A stretch of DNA of 64,000 nucleotides. It comes from a virus (Duplodnaviria; Caudoviricetes). This document shows, piece after piece, positions 1 to 10,387 of this stretch; the first letter of the stretch is position 1, and each line of letters begins with the position of its first letter. The stretch is taken from the IMG/VR virus record IMGVR_UViG_3300034071_001431, positions 32,001 through 96,000 of that record, one strand, 5' to 3'. The translations under genes and the position numbers were made by a program. The notes under the pieces are model-generated. The model did no database searches. It saw only the letters and a program-made list of their open reading frames with translations, and was not told where the DNA came from.

Positions 1-6
1 TATGCA

Positions 7-747
7 TTACTTTCCTCGTTTTAATATTACACCGCGTTCTAATATACCGCGGATATCTTCTTTTACTATGTTAAATCCCATCGCTAAGAGGAAAATTACA
101 CCTGGCCCATTTTTACCAATCCAGCAATCATTGTATCGCAGAGTGTCATCAAATACAACAATGCAATCGTCGGCTAACCAAGGATACAAATAATGCAATT
201 GTTTAAAATGTTCGAGTTGACATTCACTATTTGTTAACGTAAATCCAAACGCTTTATATTGCGCTCGCATTTCCTGCATCATTGAATTATATGTTATCGG
301 GAATGTTACTTCGGCTTGAAATTCCGGTGGTAGATTCTCAAATTTACAAAAATCAGGTGGCCAATCAACTCCTTTAATTATATCATATACCGATTTGTTC
401 CATAACTCAGAATCTATAGTATCATCTGTTCTATTATTATTCCACAGATAATCAAAGTTGTCGAGATACATAATTGATATTTTTTTGTTAATTTGCGGAT
501 ACATATCCCGACACCAGTCGGAACCAATTGCGGTGTGCCATTTAATAGACGAATGTGATATTTTTGTTTGTGCATTGTTTAAAATGTCAACCGAGTGTAA
601 CTCAATGTTATACTTTGCGGCAAGTTCTGCAAAGTATAACGTACTACCTTCACCACGATCACTGCCTATTTCAACTATCACACTGCCAGAATCAATGTTT
701 GTAATACATTCGTGTGTTTTTTTAAATAAAGAACCCATTATTTCCAC
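7..747 (-). CDS. Class I SAM-dependent methyltransferase-like protein
   Basis: VEIGSDRGEGST motif I, later YLDNFD and VFDD motifs. Confidence 0.6.
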   Translation of the reverse strand: MEIMGSLFKKTHECITNIDSGSVIVEIGSDRGEGSTLYFAELAAKYNIELHSVDILNNAQTKISHSSIKWHTAIGSDWCRDMYPQINKKISIMYLDNFDYLWNNNRTDDTIDSELWNKSVYDIIKGVDWPPDFCKFENLPPEFQAEVTFPITYNSMMQEMRAQYKAFGFTLTNSECQLEHFKQLHYLYPWLADDCIVVFDDTLRYNDCWIGKNGPGVIFLLAMGFNIVKEDIRGILERGVILKRGK

Positions 748-788
748 TCCGTTTTTCTAAAATTAGTATGTGCATATATTCTCTTTAA

Positions 789-1394
789 TTATTTTTCAAA
801 TACCATATAAATTCCGCCTTTTTTAAAGGATGCACATTCTATTAGATCCTCGGACCGAAATTTTTTAATTAGCCTATATCCCAAAATATCTAATGCTTTT
901 TCATAATAAAAGTCATTTATTGTTATGCTTAATCCACAATGTTTTTTATGTGCCCAGCGCCATCCTGTAATATTAATAAGCTCTTCTTTGATGGCCACAG
1001 GGCAATTCATATCCCATGTTTCTAACAATATATATTTTGGAGAAATGTTATTAACTATATCTTCGACTATTGCCAATGGCGCATGCGAATGATATAAAAA
1101 ACCAAACAAAACTACAGTATCATAATGTGTATTAGTCCGGCTTAGGAACAAATGTGCATCTTCTTCGTAGATTGTAATATTACCTAAAAACTTTTCTCTA
1201 AGTACATTGCATAAACCGCTATCATATTCAACTACAGAAATATTATTAGTATATTGCAAAAATTGCTCAGTAAATCGACCGTCAAGTGGACCAATTTCTA
1301 AAATTTTTCCTGTAATGAATTCAGTTAACTGTTCAACAATAGTTTTGCAAATAATAGTTTTGCAAATAATTTCATCGGAATTGTTGCTTTTCAT
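789..1394 (-). CDS. Class I SAM-dependent methyltransferase
   Basis: ILEIGPLDG motif I; YDTVVLFGFLYH. Confidence 0.75.
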   Translation of the reverse strand: MKSNNSDEIICKTIICKTIVEQLTEFITGKILEIGPLDGRFTEQFLQYTNNISVVEYDSGLCNVLREKFLGNITIYEEDAHLFLSRTNTHYDTVVLFGFLYHSHAPLAIVEDIVNNISPKYILLETWDMNCPVAIKEELINITGWRWAHKKHCGLSITINDFYYEKALDILGYRLIKKFRSEDLIECASFKKGGIYMVFEK

Positions 1395-1397
1395 TTG

Positions 1398-2855
1398 TTA
1401 TTTCCACTCCGTTTTTTCTACCGCATAAGGATAGTTTGCTTCTGTATAGAATTTCTTTCTGACTGTGAGGTGACGTTTAGCAAACTTACAAGTTGATGTT
1501 ACGTCCCAGATTTGGACAAAATCTTTGTCTTCCGCTTTGCGAATGCCACGCCCGATACTTTGGATGACCCTAACAAAACTCTTACCAGGCTCAATAAGCA
1601 CAAGGTTAAAAACACGAGGAATATTGATACCGACAGCAGCAACCCCATAAGTGGCAACAGCAACAAAGTTGTCACTGGTCGCAAATTCATCATAACTTTC
1701 TTTTCTATCATTTGCTTTTGTTCCTCCCGATACAAACACAGCATCTTTAACTAACTCAACTAATGCTTTGCCTGGAGCGATACGATCAACTAAGACAAGT
1801 GTGTTGCCAGTCAATCGAATACGCTCTATCATTTTACTTATGTAATCAATACGTGCGTCGGTCTCTAATAGATATTTTAACTCGCTTTGATAATCCTTGT
1901 ATTCAACGTGATCGATTAGCTGTACAACGTTCACGTGACAGTTAGCAAGCACACCCTGGTCTTGTAATTCACTTGCGCTTAACCGCCCAATGACGTCGCC
2001 TAATGAACACTTTAATGCCATAAATTCGTACATTTCTTTAGGTATTGTGCCCGTTAATCCCCACCGAATCGGAATGTGTGCCATTACACTAGTAAGTAAA
2101 GTTTTAAGTGCATCTGCTTTAGCCATGTGTACTTCGTCAACCATTACACAAACAACACCTTCCAAAAATTCCATAATGGTAATGTCGGCTTCGTGTGCTT
2201 TGGTATTTTTAAGTAGGATGTTTAGACTTTGCCAGGTACAAATAGTATGAGTGTGTCCAAACTCTTTTCTATCACCAAAGTAAACACCAACGTCTAAGCC
2301 CAAGTTAATGTAGTCTGCTTCTGTTTGTGTTACTAATGATTTGTTTGGTACAATTACTACAGTGCGACCATATTGCTCACAGCTATAGCTTAGTGCCGCA
2401 GTAATTAATGTCTTACCTGCGCCTGTTGCAATTTCTTGTAAGCATTGTGGGTTCTCAAGGAACTTGTTAATAATCTCAATTTGATAATCCCGTAGTACAA
2501 CTGGCTGACCCGCTATTGGATGTTTTGCTGGCCATACTTTATGTGCAAACGTTTGCTCTGTCACTTGTGTAAATGCAAACTGTGTTTGATAGTCACGTAA
2601 ATCTTCTAGCTCAATATCATAACCACGCTCATCAATGTAGGCCAACATGTCGGCCAGCAAGTTAGTGTACGTGCTACCACCCAATTGGAAATATGCTACC
2701 TTGCCATCCCATCGACCAAGACGTACACTTGGTAGATAACGTGCGCCCGGGATTTCATACTTAAACTTATTGGCTAGATATTTGCGCTCTGTAAGTTCAA
2801 GTCCTTCTAACTTACAGTTCACTTCATCTTTAATTATAATTTTACATGTTGCCAT
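1398..2855 (-). CDS. uvsW: UvsW-like SF2 DNA helicase
   Basis: LRDYQ Q-motif, ATGAGKT Walker A, DEVH, QSIGRGIR motif VI; start taken at MATCK. Confidence 0.9.
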   Translation of the reverse strand: MATCKIIIKDEVNCKLEGLELTERKYLANKFKYEIPGARYLPSVRLGRWDGKVAYFQLGGSTYTNLLADMLAYIDERGYDIELEDLRDYQTQFAFTQVTEQTFAHKVWPAKHPIAGQPVVLRDYQIEIINKFLENPQCLQEIATGAGKTLITAALSYSCEQYGRTVVIVPNKSLVTQTEADYINLGLDVGVYFGDRKEFGHTHTICTWQSLNILLKNTKAHEADITIMEFLEGVVCVMVDEVHMAKADALKTLLTSVMAHIPIRWGLTGTIPKEMYEFMALKCSLGDVIGRLSASELQDQGVLANCHVNVVQLIDHVEYKDYQSELKYLLETDARIDYISKMIERIRLTGNTLVLVDRIAPGKALVELVKDAVFVSGGTKANDRKESYDEFATSDNFVAVATYGVAAVGINIPRVFNLVLIEPGKSFVRVIQSIGRGIRKAEDKDFVQIWDVTSTCKFAKRHLTVRKKFYTEANYPYAVEKTEWK

Positions 2856-4887
2856 TAATTTTCCTAATGTTTGCAAATACAAATTTGTATTGCGGGCTTA
2901 AATAATCAATATTATTATCATTTGTTAACTGATTAATAATAGGATGATTTGCTATGCGTAATAAGCCTTGTTGACTATTACTAACTAGTTTACATGCTAT
3001 TGTTATTGATGTCAATTCTATTTCTAATATTACTTGCTCATTATCTGCTATACCTAATTTGATTGCATCTACGTCTGCTATCTCTATTATAGGGTCGGCA
3101 TTTGATTTAATAACTTCATTCATTGTTGTCTTTTGTCTAATCCCACATTGCAATACAAATTTGTAATTTGAGTTTTGTATTCTCTGCTCGGGCAACTTTA
3201 ATGTTGATAACAAAAATGATGGTGCTAAGTCAATTTGATGTGTTTGTTGAGTAGTTGTATTAATATCAACTCTTCCAATATCGTTAAGTTGATTAATCTG
3301 AGTGGTTGTTAATTCAAATGCTGTATCGGAATTGATACTAAGATTATGTCGAAATAATTCCCACCATACTATAGCCAATAAAGGTGTTTGGTAATTTAAT
3401 CCAATGGTATTGCGCAATATATAATAAACTTCAGGAATACGTTTATCAAACATTGCAATCAGATCAGTATAAAACTTAACAGTATCAATTTCTTTATTTT
3501 TAATTTCTGGCAACAAATTTAGTTTTGCTAAAAGTAACTCATATATTTCATTAGTGGATTTTGTATAAGACTTGGTAAGCACAGGGCTGCTTAATTGTAG
3601 CATACCATTTTCGGCATGAAATGCATTCACACATTCGTATCGTTCCAGGAACGTTGGAGTAGGCAATATATAGTCTGCTAGTTTTGCGCTTGCTGTCATA
3701 AAACTATCTAACACAATCACCAGTGGAACTTTTTCTAGTTGTGATTTAAATCTTGTTGCATTAGGCACTCGGTTGACTGGATTTGAATTATCGATTATAA
3801 CACATCCAAAATTTAAATTATCTGTTACCAATGAACCAGAAATAATTCCGTTATGCTGCGGTTTATTAGTTGTAGGAGTTTTCAAATTAGGAAGATAATG
3901 GTCCATGTATGTTAATACAGAATTCATCGACTCCATTGCATTTGGTTTTTGGTAATTACCGGTTAACATATATAACAATATAATTAGGTAATTATTAGCA
4001 AACGGAAACATACTATGGCAAATACCATTACCCGAATCAACTGCAACCGATTCGCTATCTTTTATTGTATTAACTATAGTAGTTAATTGGTGATGTGATA
4101 TATTGCATATAGATAAACAGTCAGCTAAGTTTACTTTAGCAAAATGTTGATTTACTTTATCAAACTTACTAGTATGCGTCGCTATAAATTCAGTGTTAAT
4201 TGCCTTGTCTATTATTAATTTCTTAATAATAGCAGTTAATAACCAGGCGTCTGTGCCGGGCGCAATCTTAGCATGTATATCTGCTATATTGGCTGTTTCA
4301 GTAGTGACCGGGTCTATTACAATAAGTGTCCGTGCAGTATTGTTTTTAATATCATTAAGTATTTTTCTAGCTCGTGGATAATGTTGTGTTACCCAGGGAT
4401 TTTGTCCAATAACAATAAGTGTCTGTGCTTTTTGTTTATTTGGCACGACGCCCGCTTTAAAAAATAATTTTTGAGTTACATAAGTGTATGCTTTCTCAAA
4501 TGATAAAACATTAGTTGCATACTGCACCCCTAACTTTGCCATTAGTTCATAATTATATAGCGTAGTTGCATTATACGATGGACTAAGCGGTGCCATGTAC
4601 AAAATACTATTTAAATGTGGCTTAATATCAATTGCTATTTCATCAATGGCTTGCTCCCACGTGATAGGGATAAATTCATCATTTACTTTTTTCAATGGAC
4701 TAGTAATACGGTCAGGACTAGATTGGAATTCGATTAATTGTTGGGATTTTTCACAGATATAACCTTGACTAACTGGATCATTGAAGTCAGGTGCAACTTT
4801 AATAATACGATTATTTTCAACTGTTACGTTAATGCCACATTCAGCAAGACACAGATGACAAAATGATTTTTTAATTTCAATTGACAC
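2842..4887 (-). CDS. Molybdopterin (Mo-bisPGD family) oxidoreductase with N-terminal 4Fe-4S site
   Basis: CHLCLAECG...ICEK cluster motif; IGQNP, IDPVTTETA, APGTDA, ADYILPTPTFLER. Confidence 0.85.
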   Translation of the reverse strand: MSIEIKKSFCHLCLAECGINVTVENNRIIKVAPDFNDPVSQGYICEKSQQLIEFQSSPDRITSPLKKVNDEFIPITWEQAIDEIAIDIKPHLNSILYMAPLSPSYNATTLYNYELMAKLGVQYATNVLSFEKAYTYVTQKLFFKAGVVPNKQKAQTLIVIGQNPWVTQHYPRARKILNDIKNNTARTLIVIDPVTTETANIADIHAKIAPGTDAWLLTAIIKKLIIDKAINTEFIATHTSKFDKVNQHFAKVNLADCLSICNISHHQLTTIVNTIKDSESVAVDSGNGICHSMFPFANNYLIILLYMLTGNYQKPNAMESMNSVLTYMDHYLPNLKTPTTNKPQHNGIISGSLVTDNLNFGCVIIDNSNPVNRVPNATRFKSQLEKVPLVIVLDSFMTASAKLADYILPTPTFLERYECVNAFHAENGMLQLSSPVLTKSYTKSTNEIYELLLAKLNLLPEIKNKEIDTVKFYTDLIAMFDKRIPEVYYILRNTIGLNYQTPLLAIVWWELFRHNLSINSDTAFELTTTQINQLNDIGRVDINTTTQQTHQIDLAPSFLLSTLKLPEQRIQNSNYKFVLQCGIRQKTTMNEVIKSNADPIIEIADVDAIKLGIADNEQVILEIELTSITIACKLVSNSQQGLLRIANHPIINQLTNDNNIDYLSPQYKFVFANIRKINGNM

Positions 4888-6011
4888 TACTCATTTTCTC
4901 TTAATTTAGTAGTCGTGCAGTACGCAATCTTTTCTGCTCTGTTAAGCCAGTCCATGCGTTTACCACCATACATCATTTCAACCATCGAAATAAGTAGAGG
5001 CACTGGATAATCCCATGTTGGTGGAATCTTGTTTGCATATACTACTTTAACATGATCTATATTGTAATCGCAAGTCTTTGTTTTACCACTATAGTTAAAA
5101 CGGACAACTTCATCATCTTTGAACATACTCAAGTCTATATTAACAGATGTCATTGCTGGGTCATATATGCATATTGGATAACGATTGGTTACTTCTGCAT
5201 ACGCAAATAACATTGATAACGCATCTTCCATCATTGGTAAATGTATATCACGTTTAGAACCAAATATATCTAATAGTGTAGGACGTATTAGCATATCATC
5301 ATATGTGTATCCAAGCACACCAGAATTGTCAATTAGTGCAACTACGTTATCAAACCCAAAGCCACCTAACTTAGCATTAATGTATTCGATTAAACTATCA
5401 GAAGCGTTAGTAATTTCAAAACATGTTTCGTTGCGTATCAATTTGATTTCGTATGGTATTGCTTCACACTCTATAATCAAATTAAACAAGTTTTGTACAA
5501 GTGGGTCAATTTCAAATTGATTTAATTCGCCCCAAGTAACTGCCCAATTTACATTACATTCAGTAATTGCCAAATACCAAACCTTTTCTTCTTGGTCGTA
5601 CTTCATACTACCTTGACTTATATTCCTTGCTTCTTGTATTGCTTTAATCATCGGTAGGTCATATGGAAAGCGTACACCAATACGTTCATCATCTAACCAA
5701 ATTTGTTTGGATCTGTTTATAATGCGCACTGGCTTGCGATAACGTGGATTTTCAATAGGCGTTATATCAATGCTATGTTTAGCAAATTGCTTGCGATATT
5801 TAAGCACAAGACGTACAGCAAGGTCTGCTTGCTTGTCTGTTAGCGCACCGCCCCAATAAGTATGTGCGCTCATGCTCTCTACTATTGTAGTGTCGTAACG
5901 TGCAAGACTTATAGTAGGAACAGCAAAGGGATTACTAATTGTAGATGTATTGGGGTCGTGTCCCCCAAGTAATTCTAAATAGTCTTCAACGAATGTGTAT
6001 GCAATTGTCAT
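4887..6011 (-). CDS. Hypothetical phage protein
   Basis: 374 aa ORF directly behind a sigma70-type promoter. Confidence 0.7.
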   Translation of the reverse strand: MTIAYTFVEDYLELLGGHDPNTSTISNPFAVPTISLARYDTTIVESMSAHTYWGGALTDKQADLAVRLVLKYRKQFAKHSIDITPIENPRYRKPVRIINRSKQIWLDDERIGVRFPYDLPMIKAIQEARNISQGSMKYDQEEKVWYLAITECNVNWAVTWGELNQFEIDPLVQNLFNLIIECEAIPYEIKLIRNETCFEITNASDSLIEYINAKLGGFGFDNVVALIDNSGVLGYTYDDMLIRPTLLDIFGSKRDIHLPMMEDALSMLFAYAEVTNRYPICIYDPAMTSVNIDLSMFKDDEVVRFNYSGKTKTCDYNIDHVKVVYANKIPPTWDYPVPLLISMVEMMYGGKRMDWLNRAEKIAYCTTTKLRENE

Positions 6012-6050
6012 ACTATTAGTATACGCGATTGTTTTAAGTAAATCAACCTA

Positions 6051-6087
6051 AAAAAAAAAGCTCAACGTAATTAAACATTGAGCTTTG
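6051..6087 (-). terminator. Intrinsic terminator
   Basis: AAAGCTCAA/TTGAGCTTT stem followed by a T run on the minus strand. Confidence 0.65.
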
Positions 6088-6127
6088 AGGTCACTGTGTC
6101 AGGAGCATACATGCGACACAGTGAAAG

Positions 6128-6235
6128 CTATATTATAAATATTGCAAGCAAAAACCACCAAGCTGACCAACCGCACCAACCTACCAAGTACGCTGTACCT
6201 GCAAGTATCAATAGTGCGGCTGTGTTCCTGTCCAT
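6128..6235 (-). CDS. 35-aa membrane peptide MDRNTAALLILAGTAYLVGWCGWSAWWFLLAIFII
   Basis: Hand-translated; starts 1 nt after the ATPase stop; very hydrophobic. Confidence 0.55.
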   Translation of the reverse strand: MDRNTAALLILAGTAYLVGWCGWSAWWFLLAIFII

Positions 6236-6236
6236 C

Positions 6237-7259
6237 TTAGTTAGCTTTCATACAAGTTGTTGAAGCAAGTGCCTGCCATTTAAGTGGAAAGCTCTTACGT
6301 AGCTCTGCTACTTTAATTGCCATACGCAAACTCATTTCACGCATTTTGTTTTTGTTTACGTTCAAGAAGTCAATAATCTCATCTTGTGCGCATTGTTCAA
6401 AATCGTAGTCTGCAAACAATACACCAGTATCAGCAATTTGTTTAATACGCAAAATCTTATCACGCATTGTGTCAAGTGTCAAATCTAAGTAGTGACAACG
6501 TGATTGCAATGCTTCTAAGTGATCTTTCATCTTTTGGCTACGTACTTGATCAAATTTCAAGTTTGTAATAAAGATTACACTACCGTGAAATGTAAAGCTA
6601 TTAGGAATGCCTTCATTTTTTAATGCACGGCTTTCAGCTAACCAGCTAATCTTACGATTTTTACCACTGTCCAATGCACCTTTAAGCAAGTTCAAGCACA
6701 CATCATCAAACAAGATGCTATCACAGTCATCAAATACAATTACGCAGTTGCTATCACTAAACTCATACAATGTTTTGTACAAGCCAATAGCTGTTGCACT
6801 ACCTTTAACAATAGTACTTTTTACGCGACGTCCGCTAATTTGATCAAATAGTGCAGAACGTTCAAGTTCTTTTTCTACTGTAAAAGATTTACCAACACCC
6901 GGAGGGCCACTTACAATCATTGCACGGATATCACCGTTCAATGTTGCTTTAGTCATTTCATCTAAGATTTCAAAACGTTCTGCAATTTCAGAAATACGTT
7001 GTTCATCTGTTACAGTTGAAACAACTGCACGTTCTGCTTTGTTTACAACACCTGTGTATTCATCAGCGTGTACAAACTCAAAGTCTGTAACGTTATCTAC
7101 TAACACACGTACCTTATCTTTACCAAACTGTCCTGTACCATCAACAGTAATAAAACCACCTTTAGCACCAACAGTATAATGTTTTACTAACGGAAATACT
7201 TCATTTTCCACTTTAGCGTTTCTGTAAGTACCACTTTTAATTTTAACAAAACCAGTCAT
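6237..7259 (-). CDS. AAA+ family ATPase
   Basis: GPPGVGKS Walker A, IVFDDCD Walker B, FITN sensor, SRC arginine finger. Confidence 0.85.
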   Translation of the reverse strand: MTGFVKIKSGTYRNAKVENEVFPLVKHYTVGAKGGFITVDGTGQFGKDKVRVLVDNVTDFEFVHADEYTGVVNKAERAVVSTVTDEQRISEIAERFEILDEMTKATLNGDIRAMIVSGPPGVGKSFTVEKELERSALFDQISGRRVKSTIVKGSATAIGLYKTLYEFSDSNCVIVFDDCDSILFDDVCLNLLKGALDSGKNRKISWLAESRALKNEGIPNSFTFHGSVIFITNLKFDQVRSQKMKDHLEALQSRCHYLDLTLDTMRDKILRIKQIADTGVLFADYDFEQCAQDEIIDFLNVNKNKMREMSLRMAIKVAELRKSFPLKWQALASTTCMKAN

Positions 7260-7305
7260 TTAATGCTCCTTAAATTGTCTTTTGTTGTTTTCTTATTGTG
7301 TAGCT

Positions 7306-7334
7306 ATTATACAGGCAATTTTCGTTTTTGTCAA
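7306..7334 (-). promoter_or_regulatory. Sigma70-type early promoter
   Basis: TTGACA-17-TATAAT consensus. Confidence 0.85.
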
Positions 7335-7339
7335 CCTCT

Positions 7340-7726
7340 TTATGCTAACTCCTTTAATGCTACATCAAATAGTGTAGCGTAACTGTAAGGTAAACCAAGT
7401 GTAAAACACACGTACTCACCGCCATACATTTTATCTGATTCAGTAAGACCTAAGCCTTCAACAATCCACTTAATAGATTGTTCACGTGAGTTGCTAATTG
7501 ACTCCACTGAAGCAATGTGCTTTTCAAAACTAGCAATTGCTAATTGTTCGCGAGCTTGTTCTTCTTTGTCAGTAACGTCAAGTTCCACAAGCAAGCCATC
7601 CCATATTGACTGTTTAGTTTCATCGTTGCTGTTGACCCACTTAGCCCAAAAGTATTCGCCCGGGCGTGAACCACGTGCATCTTTGTGCAAATCGCTAACT
7701 ACGTTCTCATCAAATGTGTATGTCAT
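7340..7726 (-). CDS. Hypothetical early protein
   Basis: GGAG RBS, own promoter. Confidence 0.75.
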   Translation of the reverse strand: MTYTFDENVVSDLHKDARGSRPGEYFWAKWVNSNDETKQSIWDGLLVELDVTDKEEQAREQLAIASFEKHIASVESISNSREQSIKWIVEGLGLTESDKMYGGEYVCFTLGLPYSYATLFDVALKELA

Positions 7727-7758
7727 CTTGTGCTCCGTTGCTTTAGTGTATAAGTGCT

Positions 7759-7787
7759 ATTATACAGCCATTTTACCAAAAAGTCAA
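7759..7787 (-). promoter_or_regulatory. Sigma70-type early promoter
   Basis: TTGACT-17-TATAAT. Confidence 0.8.
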
Positions 7788-7791
7788 GTGA

Positions 7792-8079
7792 TTAAACGTT
7801 AAGTTCGCGGAAGTCGGAGTATGGGATTGTGTAGTTGTTAGCACGAATAATTGTAACTAACTCTTTTGCCGCTGAGTTCAATAAACGTGCGCGGCCGCGA
7901 ATATTTGCTCCGCTAAGTTCACCGTCACAAGTTAAGTTCTCTGGGCTTAGGTCATTGTCTAAACTATCAAACAGATTTTGACAATCACGTTCTGATAAGT
8001 TATTAACATCATAAGTTGGGTTGTTAAAAATAGAGGCCCAAGCATTTTTTTGTTCGATATACTGTGCTAAGTTTTTCAT
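7792..8079 (-). CDS. Hypothetical early protein
   Basis: AAGGAG RBS; LSPENLTCDGE motif. Confidence 0.75.
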   Translation of the reverse strand: MKNLAQYIEQKNAWASIFNNPTYDVNNLSERDCQNLFDSLDNDLSPENLTCDGELSGANIRGRARLLNSAAKELVTIIRANNYTIPYSDFRELNV

Positions 8080-8093
8080 TTTGTTTCTCCTTA

Positions 8094-8210
8094 TTAGTGA
8101 GCAACAACTACAAATTTATCAGGATCTAGACCGCGTTCAAAACAAAAATCTAACGCATCATCAAAATCTGTAAATTTATATTCTTGAGTTCCAACTGTGA
8201 TATAAAACAT
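8094..8210 (-). CDS. 38-aa hypothetical protein MFYITVGTQEYKF...
   Basis: Hand-translated; AAGGAG RBS after promoter. Confidence 0.65.
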   Translation of the reverse strand: MFYITVGTQEYKFTDFDDALDFCFERGLDPDKFVVVAH

Positions 8211-8242
8211 TTGTTGCTCCTTGTTGTTAGTGTATGTATAGC

Positions 8243-8271
8243 ATTATACGCTCAAAATAATATTTTGTCAA
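8243..8271 (-). promoter_or_regulatory. Sigma70-type early promoter
   Basis: TTGACA-17-TATAAT. Confidence 0.85.
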
Positions 8272-8295
8272 TCGAAATCTAACTTAAATAGTAGT

Positions 8296-8790
8296 ATGAA
8301 TTTCGAATTAATTAAAACTCAATTAACTGAATGGTTAGTGTCATTCGTTGAAAAACCAAACCCTGCATTAAACAATTGGCCGCCTTGTCCGTATGCAAGA
8401 CAAGCTCGCATAAACAATAAAATACTTATAATCGAAAGTAGCATAGAAGATTTAACTAAAGCAGTCAACAAAAGTGTAACTATGTTTGAGCAATATGATG
8501 TTGTGGTGATATGCTTTGACCACACCCTACTCTCTGGTGAAAATTGCCAACAGTTAGCACTAGAATTGAATAATACCATTATGCAAAATGATTATGTTCT
8601 ATTAGAAGATCACCCAGATATTAAAGAATATGTTGCAGGCGTTAATATGAACTTCGGGCAGTGCGGATTATTTGTAATTTCTCCATTGAGCAAATTAACT
8701 GCGGCGTCTGATCAAATTCGTTCTAAGGGATATTACGATACGTGGAGTCAATCAGAGTTAGACGAAGTAGTGACATGGCGCCATAAGTAA
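8296..8790 (+). CDS. Hypothetical protein, DUF1415-like
   Basis: W...CPYAR and DHP motifs reminiscent of DUF1415 (recalled, not searched). Confidence 0.5.
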   Translation: MNFELIKTQLTEWLVSFVEKPNPALNNWPPCPYARQARINNKILIIESSIEDLTKAVNKSVTMFEQYDVVVICFDHTLLSGENCQQLALELNNTIMQNDYVLLEDHPDIKEYVAGVNMNFGQCGLFVISPLSKLTAASDQIRSKGYYDTWSQSELDEVVTWRHK

Positions 8791-8794
8791 TTTA

Positions 8795-9223
8795 ATGAAA
8801 TACGCAAGAATAAATCTGGCAGAAACTAATTATACAACATCAACTAACTGGCAGTATATCCGCAACCCCGATATATCAGAATTAAATCTCATTTATCACA
8901 AGTACTGCGAATATAAAAAGTTCAGTAGCGTTATGCCAATTTTTGATCAACAATATTTAGATAGTAACTCCGACATAATCGGATATCATAATCAAGGCCA
9001 ATTAATAGCATTCAGTTTAGTTAAAAAATATGATGCTAACAATGCTGAAAGTTTACAGTTTGCATGGGACTATGAGAATCCTAAATTGCGATTAGGAATA
9101 GAAAGTTTAAAGAATGAGTGCGCTATATACAAAGCATTAGGATTTACTTACTTGTATGTAGGCGGAGCAGATGAATATAAACAAACTATCTCCGGGTTTG
9201 AATTATTAGGAAAATTAGAATGA
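8795..9223 (+). CDS. GNAT-fold protein resembling the C-terminal domain of aminoacyl-tRNA--protein transferases (Bpt/ATE1)
   Basis: FAWDYENPKLRLGIESLKNECAIYKALGFTYLYVG resembles the ATE_C pattern Y.FYDP....SLG.......A...G..Y.YLG. Confidence 0.6.
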   Translation: MKYARINLAETNYTTSTNWQYIRNPDISELNLIYHKYCEYKKFSSVMPIFDQQYLDSNSDIIGYHNQGQLIAFSLVKKYDANNAESLQFAWDYENPKLRLGIESLKNECAIYKALGFTYLYVGGADEYKQTISGFELLGKLE

Positions 9224-10386
9224 CATATTCAGTTTATCAACATTGGGATCCACTAGAGGTGTGTGCTGTTGGCAAGAGTTATAGTCCAGAATTTTATGCA
9301 TATATTGAAAATCCTAAAATACGAGAAGTATTTGAACGCATTGCTAGAGAGACCGAAGAGGATTATCAGAAATTAATCACTCTATTAGAATCGTTTAATG
9401 TTGAAATAGTTCGCCCCAACGTAAGTGATAATTATTTAGATTACTTAGATCCATTAACTAATAAGATTGCAGCACCACCAATGGAACCAAGAGATTATAG
9501 TATAATGCTCGGTGAAGAATTTTATTTTAGCTTACCAGCATCAGGACAGGAATTGTGGGATCTGCTCAAAGGTGACAGTTGGCCAACAGACTTACCTAGT
9601 CAACACGACTTTGCATTATTAGATGATAATATTAAACTCGAGTTAACACAATTTCATGCAGATATATATTCATTATACCCAACTAAATCACACAATATTA
9701 ATATGTGGAATGAATTATACAATGCAGTGCAACCTCAATTAATTTCCGCTACTAAAGAAGAACATCTGAGAGGAATCAATGCCGCCGAATGTACTCGGAT
9801 AGGAAGAGATATCTATGTAGGAACTAATTATTACGGGCAAGATACAACTAAAAAAATTGCGTGGCTTAATAAGAATAAACCAGAGTATAGATGGCACAGC
9901 GTCGATTCTGGTGGGCACTCGGATGCAACATTTTGTCCAGTAAAACCTGGGTTGATTATTAGTTTGTATGATATTCCTACGTATAAAGATACATTTCCGG
10001 GCTGGGAAGTAGTATATTTGCCCGGGCAAAGTTGGAAGGAAGTAAGGACATTCATTGAGCTTAAAGAAAAAAATAAAGGCAAGTGGTGGGTTCCCGGCGA
10101 AGAACTCAATGATGAGTTCACTGACTATGTAGAAGAATGGCTGGGACATTGGGTTGGGTTTGTAGAAGAAACTGTATTCGATGTAAACATGTTAGTTATC
10201 GATGAACAAAATGTAGTATGCAATAATTATAACAAAGATGTATTTGATGCATTTGAAAGACACGGAATTACCCCGCACATTGTAAATTTCCGTCATAGAT
10301 ATTTTTGGGACGGTGGGTTACATTGTATTACAAGTGATATAAGCCGGCGTGGCACGATGCAAGACTATTTTCCAGAGAGAGGTTAA
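9220..10386 (+). CDS. Amidinotransferase (glycine/inosamine-phosphate amidinotransferase family)
   Basis: WDPLE, PRD, GHSD, FDVNML and C-terminal GGLHC catalytic Cys. Confidence 0.85.
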   Translation: MTYSVYQHWDPLEVCAVGKSYSPEFYAYIENPKIREVFERIARETEEDYQKLITLLESFNVEIVRPNVSDNYLDYLDPLTNKIAAPPMEPRDYSIMLGEEFYFSLPASGQELWDLLKGDSWPTDLPSQHDFALLDDNIKLELTQFHADIYSLYPTKSHNINMWNELYNAVQPQLISATKEEHLRGINAAECTRIGRDIYVGTNYYGQDTTKKIAWLNKNKPEYRWHSVDSGGHSDATFCPVKPGLIISLYDIPTYKDTFPGWEVVYLPGQSWKEVRTFIELKEKNKGKWWVPGEELNDEFTDYVEEWLGHWVGFVEETVFDVNMLVIDEQNVVCNNYNKDVFDAFERHGITPHIVNFRHRYFWDGGLHCITSDISRRGTMQDYFPERG

Positions 10387-10387
10387 G

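Noticed and set aside
1336-1371. 15-nt tandem duplication encoding EIICKTIICKTIV
   Set aside because: A short in-frame slippage duplication at a protein N-terminus with no wider pattern.
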